Of a stretch of DNA of 64,000 nt, positions 1 through 8,374 are shown piece by piece (the first letter of the stretch is position 1; every line of letters starts with the position of its first letter). Made by a program: the position numbers and the translations under genes. Under the pieces are notes generated by a model. That model did no database searches. It was not told the origin of the DNA and saw only the letters and a program-made list of their open reading frames with translations. This DNA is from Flavobacteriales bacterium (GTDB lineage: Bacteria > Bacteroidota > Bacteroidia > Flavobacteriales > Flavobacteriaceae): assembly GCA_024643405.1 (NCBI GenBank), contig JAHENA010000007.1:1346-65345 (forward strand), in the 5' to 3' direction.

Positions 1-81
1 GGAGTAGGCAAGGTAATTGCAAATGATAAACTTAAAGGATTTGTAGAAAACACTCAGATGTTTTCAATAACTGTAAAATAA
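1..81 (+). CDS. 3' end of an unidentified CDS (partial, runs off the window start)
   Basis: Frame 1 is open from base 1 to TAA at 79-81 (…GVGKVIANDKLKGFVENTQMFSITVK*). The stop directly abuts the ATG of the next gene. Too short to assign a family. Confidence 0.35.
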   Translation, partial: GVGKVIANDKLKGFVENTQMFSITVK

Positions 82-423
82 ATGGAACAGAACTATAAAT
101 TATACCGTGTGAAAGAATTGGCAGACAACGATGACGATTTCATTGTTGCTTTGGCGCAAGCTTTTTTAGAAGAAGTACCGGAAGATGCCGAGAGACTTAA
201 AAAGGCTGTTGCTGAAAAGGATTATCATAATGCGTATCAGGCGGCTCATAAAATGAAACCAACCGTTGATTTATTTGAGTTGGGAGTACTTGATACCTTA
301 ATTGAAGTTCAAGATTGGGGGAAATTTCAAAAAACAGAACTTGACATAACGGATCAATTGACAATCGTTTTAAATGCTGTTGATATGGCAGTTAATGAAA
401 TCAGATCAGATTTTAATCTATAA
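82..423 (+). CDS. Stand-alone Hpt (histidine phosphotransfer) domain protein
   Basis: 113 aa helical protein. It has the Hpt-like phospho-accepting helix YHNAYQAAHKMKPTVDLFELG. Its size fits a single four-helix-bundle Hpt. Confidence 0.65.
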   Translation: MEQNYKLYRVKELADNDDDFIVALAQAFLEEVPEDAERLKKAVAEKDYHNAYQAAHKMKPTVDLFELGVLDTLIEVQDWGKFQKTELDITDQLTIVLNAVDMAVNEIRSDFNL

Positions 424-1673
424 TGTTAGCTGAGATAATCACTATTGGTGATGAACTTCTTATAGGGCAAGTTATTGATACCAACTCTGCGTTTATAGCT
501 AAAGAGCTGAATAAAATCGGGGTTTCGGTATATCAAATCACTTCCGTTCAAGATGATAAAAACCACATATTAACGGCTTTCAATGATGCTGAGAATCGGG
601 TAGATATCATTATCATCACAGGTGGTTTAGGACCAACAAAAGACGATATTACTAAAAAGACGATTGCTGAATATTTCAATGATACTTTGGTTTTGGATGA
701 GTCCGTGTTAAAGAATATTGAAAATATTTGGAAACAGCATGTAAGGCAAACTTTGTTACAGGTCAATAAAGATCAGGCATTAGTGCCTTCAAAAGCAAAG
801 GTTTTAATGAATGTCAATGGCACAGCTCCGGGAATGTGGCTTGAAAAGGCGGATAAAGTATTTGTTTCACTACCAGGAGTTCCTTTTGAAATGAAAGCTT
901 TAATTCAAAATGAAGTTTTACCAAAACTGACATCTAAGTATCACTTGCCTTTTATATTGCATAAAACTTTACTCGTTTATGGTTTGGGAGAAAGCACGTT
1001 AGCTGATAAAATTGAATCTTGGGAAGATGCTTTGCCTAGTTTTGTGAAACTTGCATATTTACCTGATTTAGGAAGAGTTCGATTGAGATTGTCTGCAAAG
1101 GGTTTTGATAAAGAAAAAATTATATTGGAAGTCCAAAAGCAAATTGACACTCTTTTGCCATTAATTCAAGATTATTTTGTTGGTTTTGAGGACGAAGAAG
1201 GAGCCATTGAATCTATTATAGCCAAACAATTGACAGCATTAGGGCAAACTTTGGCTGTTGCTGAAAGTTGTACTGGTGGTAAAATTGCAGAGCGTTTTAC
1301 AAGTCATGCAGGTGCTTCAAATTATTTTAAAGGCAGTATAGTAAGTTATGCAACCGATTCAAAAATTAAGGTATTAGGTGTTTCAAAAGATATAATTGAA
1401 GAAAATTCTGTAGTAAGTTATCAAGTTGCTGAGGCTATGGCTAAGCAAGTTCGACTCATATTTAATTCAGATTATGCCATTGCTACAACCGGTAATGCAG
1501 GTCCAACAAAAGGAGATTCAGAGGCTGAAGTAGGTACTGTATTTGTTGCTATAGCTACTAAAAACAGAGTTTACTCAGAAAAATTTATGCTTGGGAATCA
1601 TCGTGCAAAAGTGATAAATAAGGCAGTAAATAAAGCCTTTGAAATGCTATTAAAAGAAATTTTTAAAAATTGA
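423..1673 (+). CDS. cinA: CinA family competence/damage-inducible protein (MoCF-binding N-domain plus nicotinamide-nucleotide amidase C-domain)
   Basis: N-terminus is AEIITIGDELLIGQVIDTNS, followed by ITGGLGPTKDD. The C-terminal PncC-like part reads AESCTGG…SIVSY…ATTGNAGP. Length is 416 aa. The start shares one base with the upstream stop (TAATG). Confidence 0.9.
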   Translation: MLAEIITIGDELLIGQVIDTNSAFIAKELNKIGVSVYQITSVQDDKNHILTAFNDAENRVDIIIITGGLGPTKDDITKKTIAEYFNDTLVLDESVLKNIENIWKQHVRQTLLQVNKDQALVPSKAKVLMNVNGTAPGMWLEKADKVFVSLPGVPFEMKALIQNEVLPKLTSKYHLPFILHKTLLVYGLGESTLADKIESWEDALPSFVKLAYLPDLGRVRLRLSAKGFDKEKIILEVQKQIDTLLPLIQDYFVGFEDEEGAIESIIAKQLTALGQTLAVAESCTGGKIAERFTSHAGASNYFKGSIVSYATDSKIKVLGVSKDIIEENSVVSYQVAEAMAKQVRLIFNSDYAIATTGNAGPTKGDSEAEVGTVFVAIATKNRVYSEKFMLGNHRAKVINKAVNKAFEMLLKEIFKN

Positions 1674-1706
1674 TAAAATTTAAATTGCGATAAATTAAAG
1701 ATTTTG

Positions 1707-1714
1707 TATATTTG
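1707..1714 (+). promoter_or_regulatory. Candidate Bacteroidota sigma-A -7 box (TATATTTG, TAnnTTTG type) for rpmB-rpmG-DUF4295
   Basis: Exact TAnnTTTG match about 42 nt upstream of the rpmB ATG, in an intergenic region. Confidence 0.45.
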
Positions 1715-1755
1715 CACCTCGTTTTTAAACAACTAAAATTTAAAGTTAGAAAATA

Positions 1756-1992
1756 ATGTCAAGAGTTTGTGAACTTACTGGGAAAAAGGCAATGGTTGGT
1801 AACAACGTGTCTCACGCAATGAATAGAACTAAACGCAAGTTTAATGCGAATTTAGTTAAGAAACGTTTTTACATTCCAGAAGAAGATAGCTGGGTAACTT
1901 TAAAGGTTTCAACATCTGCTTTAAAAACTATTAATAAAATAGGTATTACTGCAGCTATAAAAGATGCTAAATCAAAAGGATTTTTAAAATAA
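1756..1992 (+). CDS. rpmB: 50S ribosomal protein L28
   Basis: [33 protein letters not shown] is the canonical L28 N-terminus. 78 aa. Confidence 0.97.
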   Translation: MSRVCELTGKKAMVGNNVSHAMNRTKRKFNANLVKKRFYIPEEDSWVTLKVSTSALKTINKIGITAAIKDAKSKGFLK

Positions 1993-2017
1993 TAGCTGTA
2001 TTTAATAAATAAAAGAA

Positions 2018-2200
2018 ATGGCAAAGAAAGGTAATAGAATACAAGTAATATTAGAATGTACTGAGCATAAAGAATCTGGACAACCAGGGACTTCAAGATA
2101 CATTACTACTAAAAATAAAAAGAATACGCCTGATAGAATGGAGATTAAAAAATTTAATCCTATTCTTAAACGTATGACAGTTCATAAAGAGATAAAATAA
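2018..2200 (+). CDS. rpmG: 50S ribosomal protein L33
   Basis: [18 protein letters not shown]…[23 protein letters not shown] is canonical L33. 60 aa. Confidence 0.97.
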   Translation: MAKKGNRIQVILECTEHKESGQPGTSRYITTKNKKNTPDRMEIKKFNPILKRMTVHKEIK

Positions 2201-2209
2201 AAGTAAGAC

Positions 2210-2362
2210 ATGGCAAAGAAAACAGTAGCATCGTTACAAACATCTTCTAAAAGATTAACCAAGGCGATTAGAATGGAAAAATCTCCAAAAACTGGAGCTT
2301 ACATGTTTGTTGAATCAATTATGGCACCTGAACTAGTAAGCGATTTCTTAAATAAGAAATAA
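2210..2362 (+). CDS. DUF4295 family small protein (50 aa), missing from the supplied ORF track
   Basis: ATG at 2210 and TAA at 2360-2362. My translation: MAKKTVASLQTSSKRLTKAIRMEKSPKTGAYMFVESIMAPELVSDFLNKK. It sits 9 nt after rpmG and just before a strong terminator. This position and sequence type are typical of the Bacteroidota rpmB-rpmG-DUF4295 trio. Confidence 0.8.
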   Translation: MAKKTVASLQTSSKRLTKAIRMEKSPKTGAYMFVESIMAPELVSDFLNKK

Positions 2363-2385
2363 GAATTACTTTTTATATAATATTT

Positions 2386-2418
2386 AAAAGCCACTTTTTT
2401 AGAGTGGCTTTTGTTTTA
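2386..2418 (+). terminator. Rho-independent terminator of the rpmB operon
   Basis: AAAAGCCACT (2386-2395) pairs perfectly with AGTGGCTTTT (2403-2412) and is followed by a T-rich run. Confidence 0.7.
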
Positions 2419-2509
2419 TATTTACATCACCTTTAATGACAATTTAACAGTTTTGAACTTCGGGCAAGAAAATTGTTGTTGGTAAGTACATAAGTCAAAA
2501 TATTTGTAA

Positions 2510-3463
2510 ATGAGTTTTTTTAAAAAGATTTTTTCATCAGAAAAAAAGGAAACACTTGATAAAGGATTAGAAAAATCCAAAACTAACTTTTTCAATAAAC
2601 TGAGTAAGGCAGTTGCAGGAAAATCGAAAGTTGATGATGAAGTTTTAGATAATCTTGAAGAAATTTTAGTTTCCAGTGATGTAGGTGTGAATACTACCTT
2701 GAAAATTATTGAGCGTATTGAAGCACGAGTGTCTAAGGATAAATATTTAGGAACAGATGAATTAAACCAAATACTGAGAGAAGAGATTGCCGCACTATTA
2801 TCAGAAACAAATAGCGGAGAGGCTTCAGAATTTATTATTCCACAAGATAAAAAACCTTATGTTATTATGGTAGTTGGGGTCAATGGTGTTGGTAAAACAA
2901 CTACCATTGGTAAATTGGCAAGCCAATTTAAAAAACAAGGTTTAAATGTGGTTTTAGGCGCTGCTGATACGTTTAGGGCTGCCGCCATTGATCAATTGCA
3001 AGTCTGGGCGGATAGAGTAGAAGTGCCGTTGATTAAACAATCTATGGGAAGTGATCCGGCTTCTGTGGCTTTTGATACACTTAAAAGTGCGGTTACTCAA
3101 AATGCCGATGTGGTAATTATTGATACTGCAGGACGTTTACATAATAAAGTAAATTTAATGAATGAATTAACTAAAGTGAAGCGTGTTATGCAAAAAGTAG
3201 TTATAGATGCCCCCCATGATGTGATGTTGGTTTTAGATGGATCTACAGGACAAAATGCCTTTGAACAAGCCAAGCAATTTACGGCAGCAACCGAAGTGAC
3301 TTCACTGGCTGTTACTAAACTTGATGGTACTGCTAAAGGTGGCGTGGTCATTGGAATTTCAGATCAGTTTAAAATACCTGTAAAATATATCGGTGTAGGT
3401 GAAGGTATTGATGATTTACAGGTTTTTAATAAATATGAGTTTGTAGATTCGTTTTTTAAATAA
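2510..3463 (+). CDS. ftsY: Signal recognition particle receptor FtsY
   Basis: NG-domain motifs are present: VVGVNGVGKTTTIGKLA, DTAGRL, TKLDGTAKGG. 317 aa, the short Bacteroidota form. Confidence 0.95.
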   Translation: MSFFKKIFSSEKKETLDKGLEKSKTNFFNKLSKAVAGKSKVDDEVLDNLEEILVSSDVGVNTTLKIIERIEARVSKDKYLGTDELNQILREEIAALLSETNSGEASEFIIPQDKKPYVIMVVGVNGVGKTTTIGKLASQFKKQGLNVVLGAADTFRAAAIDQLQVWADRVEVPLIKQSMGSDPASVAFDTLKSAVTQNADVVIIDTAGRLHNKVNLMNELTKVKRVMQKVVIDAPHDVMLVLDGSTGQNAFEQAKQFTAATEVTSLAVTKLDGTAKGGVVIGISDQFKIPVKYIGVGEGIDDLQVFNKYEFVDSFFK

Positions 3464-3470
3464 TTAATGT

Positions 3471-3899
3471 TTGAGTTTTAATATTTATCATAGTTTAATA
3501 ATAAATGCTTCAACGCAACAGGTTTTTGATGCCATTACACTTCCAAAGCATTTAAATAATTGGTGGACTCTAAAGTGTGCGGGTACCCCAAAATTAAATT
3601 CAGAATATAATTTAAATTTTACGGATACTTATAATTGGTACGGTAAAGTTTCATCCTGCCTTCTTAATAAATCTTTTTATATTAAAATGACCAAATCGGA
3701 CCCCGATTGGGATGCCACAACTTTTGGTTTTGAGTTGGAGGAAGTTGATAATGGTACTTTATTAAAATTTAGTCATGAAAACTGGCAGAAATTAAATCAT
3801 CATTTTAAGCATTCCTCTTTTTGCTGGGCCATGTTGCTTCATGGCTTGAAAGATTACCTTGAAAAAGGAATCATAATTCCTTTTGAAAAGCGAAACTAA
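3471..3899 (+). CDS. SRPBCC / Aha1-like family protein
   Basis: 142 aa. The N-terminus IINASTQQVFDAITLPKHLNNWWT is typical of the SRPBCC (AHSA1) fold. Only a TTG start is available at 3471, because the nearby ATG at 3467 is out of frame and terminates at once. Confidence 0.6.
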   Translation: MSFNIYHSLIINASTQQVFDAITLPKHLNNWWTLKCAGTPKLNSEYNLNFTDTYNWYGKVSSCLLNKSFYIKMTKSDPDWDATTFGFELEEVDNGTLLKFSHENWQKLNHHFKHSSFCWAMLLHGLKDYLEKGIIIPFEKRN

Positions 3900-3958
3900 T
3901 CTATTATAGAATCAGATTAATTAATGGTTTTTAGTATTTTTATTAAAAATCTCTATTT

Positions 3959-5668
3959 ATGAAAAGATTCACTTTACTACTCTTCTTATTTTTAGTTTGT
4001 TCCTGTAAATATTTAAATGAAGAAAAAGGCAATTTGCCTTCAGAGGGTGTCGGCGTTGAAAAAAATACTGACTCCATTAGTAATCCAGAAAATGATTCAC
4101 TCATTGATTCTACTGATTTGAGTGCAATATCGGTCAAAGAATTTCGAGAATTTAAAGTACTGGATTCAAAATATATTAATGTTGCCGACCTTTGGAATCC
4201 CTTTGATAAAGATTTAAAATCGTTTTCTGAAACGACTTATAATAATCTGAAACCTCTCATTTTAGAACAAGAAATTCCAGCAATTCAAAAACATGTACAA
4301 AACGGTAAATTATCATACGAATTATTAGTTAAATTCTATTTATACCGAATCCGAAAGTTTGACAGGGATAATGCCGGGTCTTTAAATTCTGTCATATCCT
4401 TGAATCGTAATATAATATCAGAAGCTAAGCAGAAGGATTTGGAGCTTAGAAATAAAAAGGTAAAACACCCCATTTTTGGTATGCCTATTTTGTTGAAGGA
4501 TAATATAGATGCATCTGGTATGTCTACAACCGCAGGTGCTGTTGCTTTGAAGAATAATGATATAAATAAGGATGCGTTTATTGTGACACAACTTAAAGAG
4601 AAAGGGGCTTTAATTTTAGGAAAAACGAATTTAAGTGAATGGGCTTACTTTTTCTGTGGTGATTGCCCATCAGGTTATAGTGCTATAGGAGGACAAACTT
4701 TAAATCCTTATGGGCGCAAGATTATTGACACTGGCGGCTCCAGCTCTGGAAGTGGGGTGGCGGTAGCTGCCAATTTTTGTGCAGCTGCTGTTGGCACTGA
4801 AACTTCAGGTTCTATTCTGTCTCCCTCTAGCCAAAATTCTATTGTAGGTTTTAAACCAACTGTAGGTTTGATGAGTAGAAGTGGCATCGTTCCTATATCT
4901 TCAACATTGGACACTCCTGGGCCTATGACAAAGAATGTTATAGATAATGCCTTGCTATTGGATGCGATGTTTGGTCCTGATGAGAAAGATGATAAATCAA
5001 TAGATGCACTTTTAGATAGTGGTTTTTATTATGAACAATTAGTCATTCCCCATTTGAAAGGCAAGCGATTTGGTTATTTTGAAGAATCAAAAAAAGACTC
5101 CTTGTTTGTTTCAGCGCTTCAAGTTTTAAAAAATCTTGGTGCAGAATTGGTCGAATTAAAACCTGAAATCATTGAACTTCCTGATTTTTTAAGATTACTT
5201 AATCTTGATATGAAAAAGGATTTGCCGATATATTTAAAATCAAGTGCTACTGATAGTGTTCAAGTTACTTCGGTTAATGATGTTATTGAGTTTAATAAAA
5301 TGGATTCTTTAAATAGGATGCCTTATGGGCAAAAATTATTTGAAGGCATTGTCGCAGATAAAGGGACCAATCAAGATCTAGACGCTATTAAATCAAAATT
5401 AAAAAGGAATGGACAATTATTTTTTGATATTCCTATGTTAGCAAATAATTTGAATGCTATCTTATCCATAAATAATTATCACGCCGGTTTTGCGGCGGTG
5501 GCAGAATATCCTGCTATTACTATTCCTATGGGGTATTCTTCAGATAAAAATGCACCAAAAGGATTAACTTTTATAGGAAAGCGACTCAATGAAAAGTTTT
5601 TGTTGCAATGGGCTTATGCTTATGAGCAAGCTTCAAAAAAGCGTAAAATGCCTGATCATTATAATTAG
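3959..5668 (+). CDS. Amidase-signature family amidase, probable lipoprotein
   Basis: Carries the GGSSSGSGVAVAA amidase signature plus the TETSGSIL…P region. The N-terminus LLLFLFLVCSC resembles a lipoprotein signal. Confidence 0.85.
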   Translation: MKRFTLLLFLFLVCSCKYLNEEKGNLPSEGVGVEKNTDSISNPENDSLIDSTDLSAISVKEFREFKVLDSKYINVADLWNPFDKDLKSFSETTYNNLKPLILEQEIPAIQKHVQNGKLSYELLVKFYLYRIRKFDRDNAGSLNSVISLNRNIISEAKQKDLELRNKKVKHPIFGMPILLKDNIDASGMSTTAGAVALKNNDINKDAFIVTQLKEKGALILGKTNLSEWAYFFCGDCPSGYSAIGGQTLNPYGRKIIDTGGSSSGSGVAVAANFCAAAVGTETSGSILSPSSQNSIVGFKPTVGLMSRSGIVPISSTLDTPGPMTKNVIDNALLLDAMFGPDEKDDKSIDALLDSGFYYEQLVIPHLKGKRFGYFEESKKDSLFVSALQVLKNLGAELVELKPEIIELPDFLRLLNLDMKKDLPIYLKSSATDSVQVTSVNDVIEFNKMDSLNRMPYGQKLFEGIVADKGTNQDLDAIKSKLKRNGQLFFDIPMLANNLNAILSINNYHAGFAAVAEYPAITIPMGYSSDKNAPKGLTFIGKRLNEKFLLQWAYAYEQASKKRKMPDHYN

Positions 5669-6741
5669 TTGATTAATGCGTTTATTTTTCCCCATAATTC
5701 ATTGTCAAAACCAGATAGTGCAAATGTTGGATTATCTGGATTGGCAACCTCACCCATCCTGATAACTACTAATTTTTTACTGGGCACAACATAAATTTTC
5801 TGGTCGTTTTTACCCAAGGCAGCGTACATATCATTAGGTGCATTTGGAATTAGACTGCCATTAAATTGTAGTTGCGATTGAGGTAAATGAAAGGTCGATT
5901 TTCCATTCAACCACCATAAATATCCATAGGCCTGATTGATGGCTTGTGAGGTGGTTGTAGCCTCATGTAAATAGCTTTCAGTTATAATTTGGGTATTCTC
6001 CCATTTGCCTTTGGCATAAATCAGTAGTCCAAAACGAGCCATACTTCTGCTGTTACTCCAATACACGCTTAAATTATCTAAATCTATCCAATTACCCGTC
6101 ATCCCAATCTTATCTCTTAATTTAGTATTAAAATAAGCAGTCCAAGTTTTATTGCTGGCAGTAGCCACAACATCTTGCATTTTTACATATACATTGTGAT
6201 AGGCCCATCTAGAGCCTGCGTCCGCTTTATATTGCAGATTGGCTGGCGAAACATCATCACCCAAACTATCATCTAAGCCAGAATTCATTGACAACAAGTT
6301 TTTACAGGTAATTAAGTTTTCTTTTTCAAGCGTTTCACTGGTCCAACCGGTTCCTAAATAATCAGAAACTTTATTGTTTATATTTATCAATCCTTCGTCT
6401 TGGGCAATTCCGGAAACAGTAGAGGTTAGTGTTTTACCTGCGCTAGCCCAATACCAAGGCGTAGTAATTGTATGACCATTTATATAACTTTCAACAACAA
6501 TTCTTCCATTATAAAGGATTATAAAACTTTTGGTGTTTTTGAGCTCTAAATAATCTATTAAAGGCTGAAGTTGACTTTCGTTCCATCCTAATTCGGCAAC
6601 GGATGTTGTTTCCCAAGTATCAGAATTTAAAGGAGGAAAATAAAGTTGATTATCTGTAGGATTGGGTTCTGTAGGATTATCATTTGATGAGCAACTCAAA
6701 AATAAATTAATGACTACGAGGCAGTATATCCATTTTTTCAT
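5665..6741 (-). CDS. Serine hydrolase (beta-lactamase / transpeptidase-like family), probable lipoprotein
   Basis: SxxK motif (SAGKTLTS) and a YLWWLNG-type region. I place the start at MKKWIYCLVVINLFLSCSS (ATG at 6741). The longer 434-aa track ORF would run through the rimO promoter and start. Confidence 0.8.
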   Translation of the reverse strand: MKKWIYCLVVINLFLSCSSNDNPTEPNPTDNQLYFPPLNSDTWETTSVAELGWNESQLQPLIDYLELKNTKSFIILYNGRIVVESYINGHTITTPWYWASAGKTLTSTVSGIAQDEGLININNKVSDYLGTGWTSETLEKENLITCKNLLSMNSGLDDSLGDDVSPANLQYKADAGSRWAYHNVYVKMQDVVATASNKTWTAYFNTKLRDKIGMTGNWIDLDNLSVYWSNSRSMARFGLLIYAKGKWENTQIITESYLHEATTTSQAINQAYGYLWWLNGKSTFHLPQSQLQFNGSLIPNAPNDMYAALGKNDQKIYVVPSKKLVVIRMGEVANPDNPTFALSGFDNELWGKINALIN

Positions 6742-6850
6742 AACAGTAGGTTTTAAATTTAAGACTATCAAATATATAAAAGGTTTAGTTTTTATAATAA
6801 CATTAATCCTAAATTCTAATGGTGTCATTAGTAAATCCTGAATTATAATG

Positions 6851-6858
6851 TATCTTTG
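6851..6858 (+). promoter_or_regulatory. Candidate sigma-A -7 box (TATCTTTG) for rimO
   Basis: Exact TAnnTTTG match 19 nt upstream of the ATG at 6877. Confidence 0.5.
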
Positions 6859-6876
6859 CGCACTCATTTTAAAGGT

Positions 6877-8181
6877 ATGCGCACAAAATCTCTTAAGAAA
6901 AACAGAATTAATGTTGTAACCCTTGGTTGTAGTAAAAACGTTTACGACAGCGAAGTGCTTATGGGGCAATTAAAGGCCAGTGGGAAAGATGTGGTTCATG
7001 AAGAAGAAGGCAATATTGTGGTTATTAATACTTGTGGTTTTATAAATAACGCCAAAGAAGAAAGCATCAATACTATTTTAGAATATGTGCAGAAAAAGGA
7101 AGAGGGCGAAGTTGATAAAGTATTTGTTACAGGTTGTTTAAGTGAACGCTATAAACCAGATTTATTAAAAGAAATACCTCATGTGGATGAATATTTTGGA
7201 ACGACAGAATTACCTGGTTTATTAAAAGCCTTAGGTGCCGATTATAAACATGAATTGATTGGGGAACGTTTAACGACCACACCAAAAAACTACGCTTATT
7301 TAAAAATTGCTGAAGGTTGCGATAGACCATGTAGTTTTTGTGCCATTCCATTAATGCGTGGGAAACATAAATCAACACCTATAGAAGATTTAATTACTGA
7401 AGCAGAAAAACTGGCTGCTAAAGGCGTTAAAGAACTCATTTTAATTGCCCAAGATTTAACCTATTACGGTTTAGATTTATATAAAAAACGTAATCTTGCT
7501 GAATTGCTTGAAGCTTTGGTAAAAGTGGAAGGGATTGAGTGGATACGTTTACATTATGCCTTCCCGACTGGTTTTCCAATGGATGTATTGGAGGTAATGA
7601 ACCGCGAACCTAAAATTTGTAATTATTTAGATATTCCATTACAACATATTTCTGACAGCATTCTTAAAAGTATGCGACGTGGTACCACTAAAGAGAAAAC
7701 AACAAAATTGTTGAAAGAATTTAGAGTAGCGGTTCCGGATATGACTATTAGGACCACTTTAATTGTTGGATATCCCGGAGAAACGGAAGAAGATTACCAA
7801 GAACTTAAACAATGGGTCAAGGAGATGCGTTTTGAACGATTAGGATGTTTTACCTATTCTCATGAAGAAAATACGCATGCTTATAATTTAGAGGATGATG
7901 TTCCTGAAGAAGTGAAGCAAGAACGCGCCAATGAAATTATGGAGATACAGGCTCAGATTTCGTGGGAATTAAATCAGGAAAAAATTGGCAAAACATTTAA
8001 AGTGGTTATTGATAGAAAAGAAGGTAATTACTTTGTAGGGCGTACGGAATTTGATTCCCCTGATGTAGACAACGAAGTATTGATTGATGCCACTAAAACT
8101 TATTTGAAAACAGGCGAATTTACCACTGTTAAAATTACTGAAGCGGCAGATTTTGATTTATACGCTGAGGTAGTAAATTAA
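6877..8181 (+). CDS. rimO: Ribosomal protein S12 methylthiotransferase RimO
   Basis: The UPF0004 N-domain reads INVVTLGCSKNVYDSE. The radical-SAM motif is CDRPCSFC, and a C-terminal TRAM domain follows. I prefer the ATG at 6877 over the TTG at 6856, which lies inside the -7 box. Confidence 0.92.
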   Translation: MRTKSLKKNRINVVTLGCSKNVYDSEVLMGQLKASGKDVVHEEEGNIVVINTCGFINNAKEESINTILEYVQKKEEGEVDKVFVTGCLSERYKPDLLKEIPHVDEYFGTTELPGLLKALGADYKHELIGERLTTTPKNYAYLKIAEGCDRPCSFCAIPLMRGKHKSTPIEDLITEAEKLAAKGVKELILIAQDLTYYGLDLYKKRNLAELLEALVKVEGIEWIRLHYAFPTGFPMDVLEVMNREPKICNYLDIPLQHISDSILKSMRRGTTKEKTTKLLKEFRVAVPDMTIRTTLIVGYPGETEEDYQELKQWVKEMRFERLGCFTYSHEENTHAYNLEDDVPEEVKQERANEIMEIQAQISWELNQEKIGKTFKVVIDRKEGNYFVGRTEFDSPDVDNEVLIDATKTYLKTGEFTTVKITEAADFDLYAEVVN

Positions 8182-8186
8182 AGAGG

Positions 8187-8241
8187 TCGTTTAACACGAT
8201 GATATGAATTGTCTAAATGATTTATATCAGCTGTTAAACGA
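8187..8241. terminator. Long imperfect hairpin between convergent genes (possible bidirectional terminator)
   Basis: TCGTTTAACA (8187-8196) pairs with TGTTAAACGA (8232-8241). An inner TGATAT (8200-8205) pairs with ATATCA (8224-8229). No clear U-tract follows. Confidence 0.4.
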
Positions 8242-8374
8242 ATTTATTCCAAACTGCTATAAAGTCAATTCTTGTAAAAGATTAAAAAATTTGCGTTATC
8301 GACTTTATCAAAATTTTAGACATAAAAATTCTTTAAGTTTACTTTCAGATTTGATTTGTATTTTTTTGAGCAAA

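Noticed and set aside
548-766. Short antisense or alternate-frame ORFs of 60-106 aa listed in the track inside confidently assigned genes (for example 548-766, 1869-2096, 3097-3351, 4708-4914, 7127-7378, 10550-10735, 13151-13399, 29498-29818, 33495-33773, 58628-59086)
   Set aside because: Each lies entirely within, or mostly overlaps, a gene whose frame carries clear family motifs. None has a recognisable motif of its own.
6856-6858. TTG start proposed for rimO by the ORF track (and similarly the TTG at 13069 for guaA)
   Set aside because: Both TTGs are the TTG of a TAnnTTTG -7 box, and in-frame ATGs follow within 6-21 nt that give canonical N-termini.
6742-6969. N-terminal 76-aa extension of the serine hydrolase ORF, overlapping the rimO start
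   Set aside because: The extension has no signal peptide and would run through the rimO promoter and start. The internal MKKWIYCLVVINLFLSCSS is a textbook lipoprotein signal.
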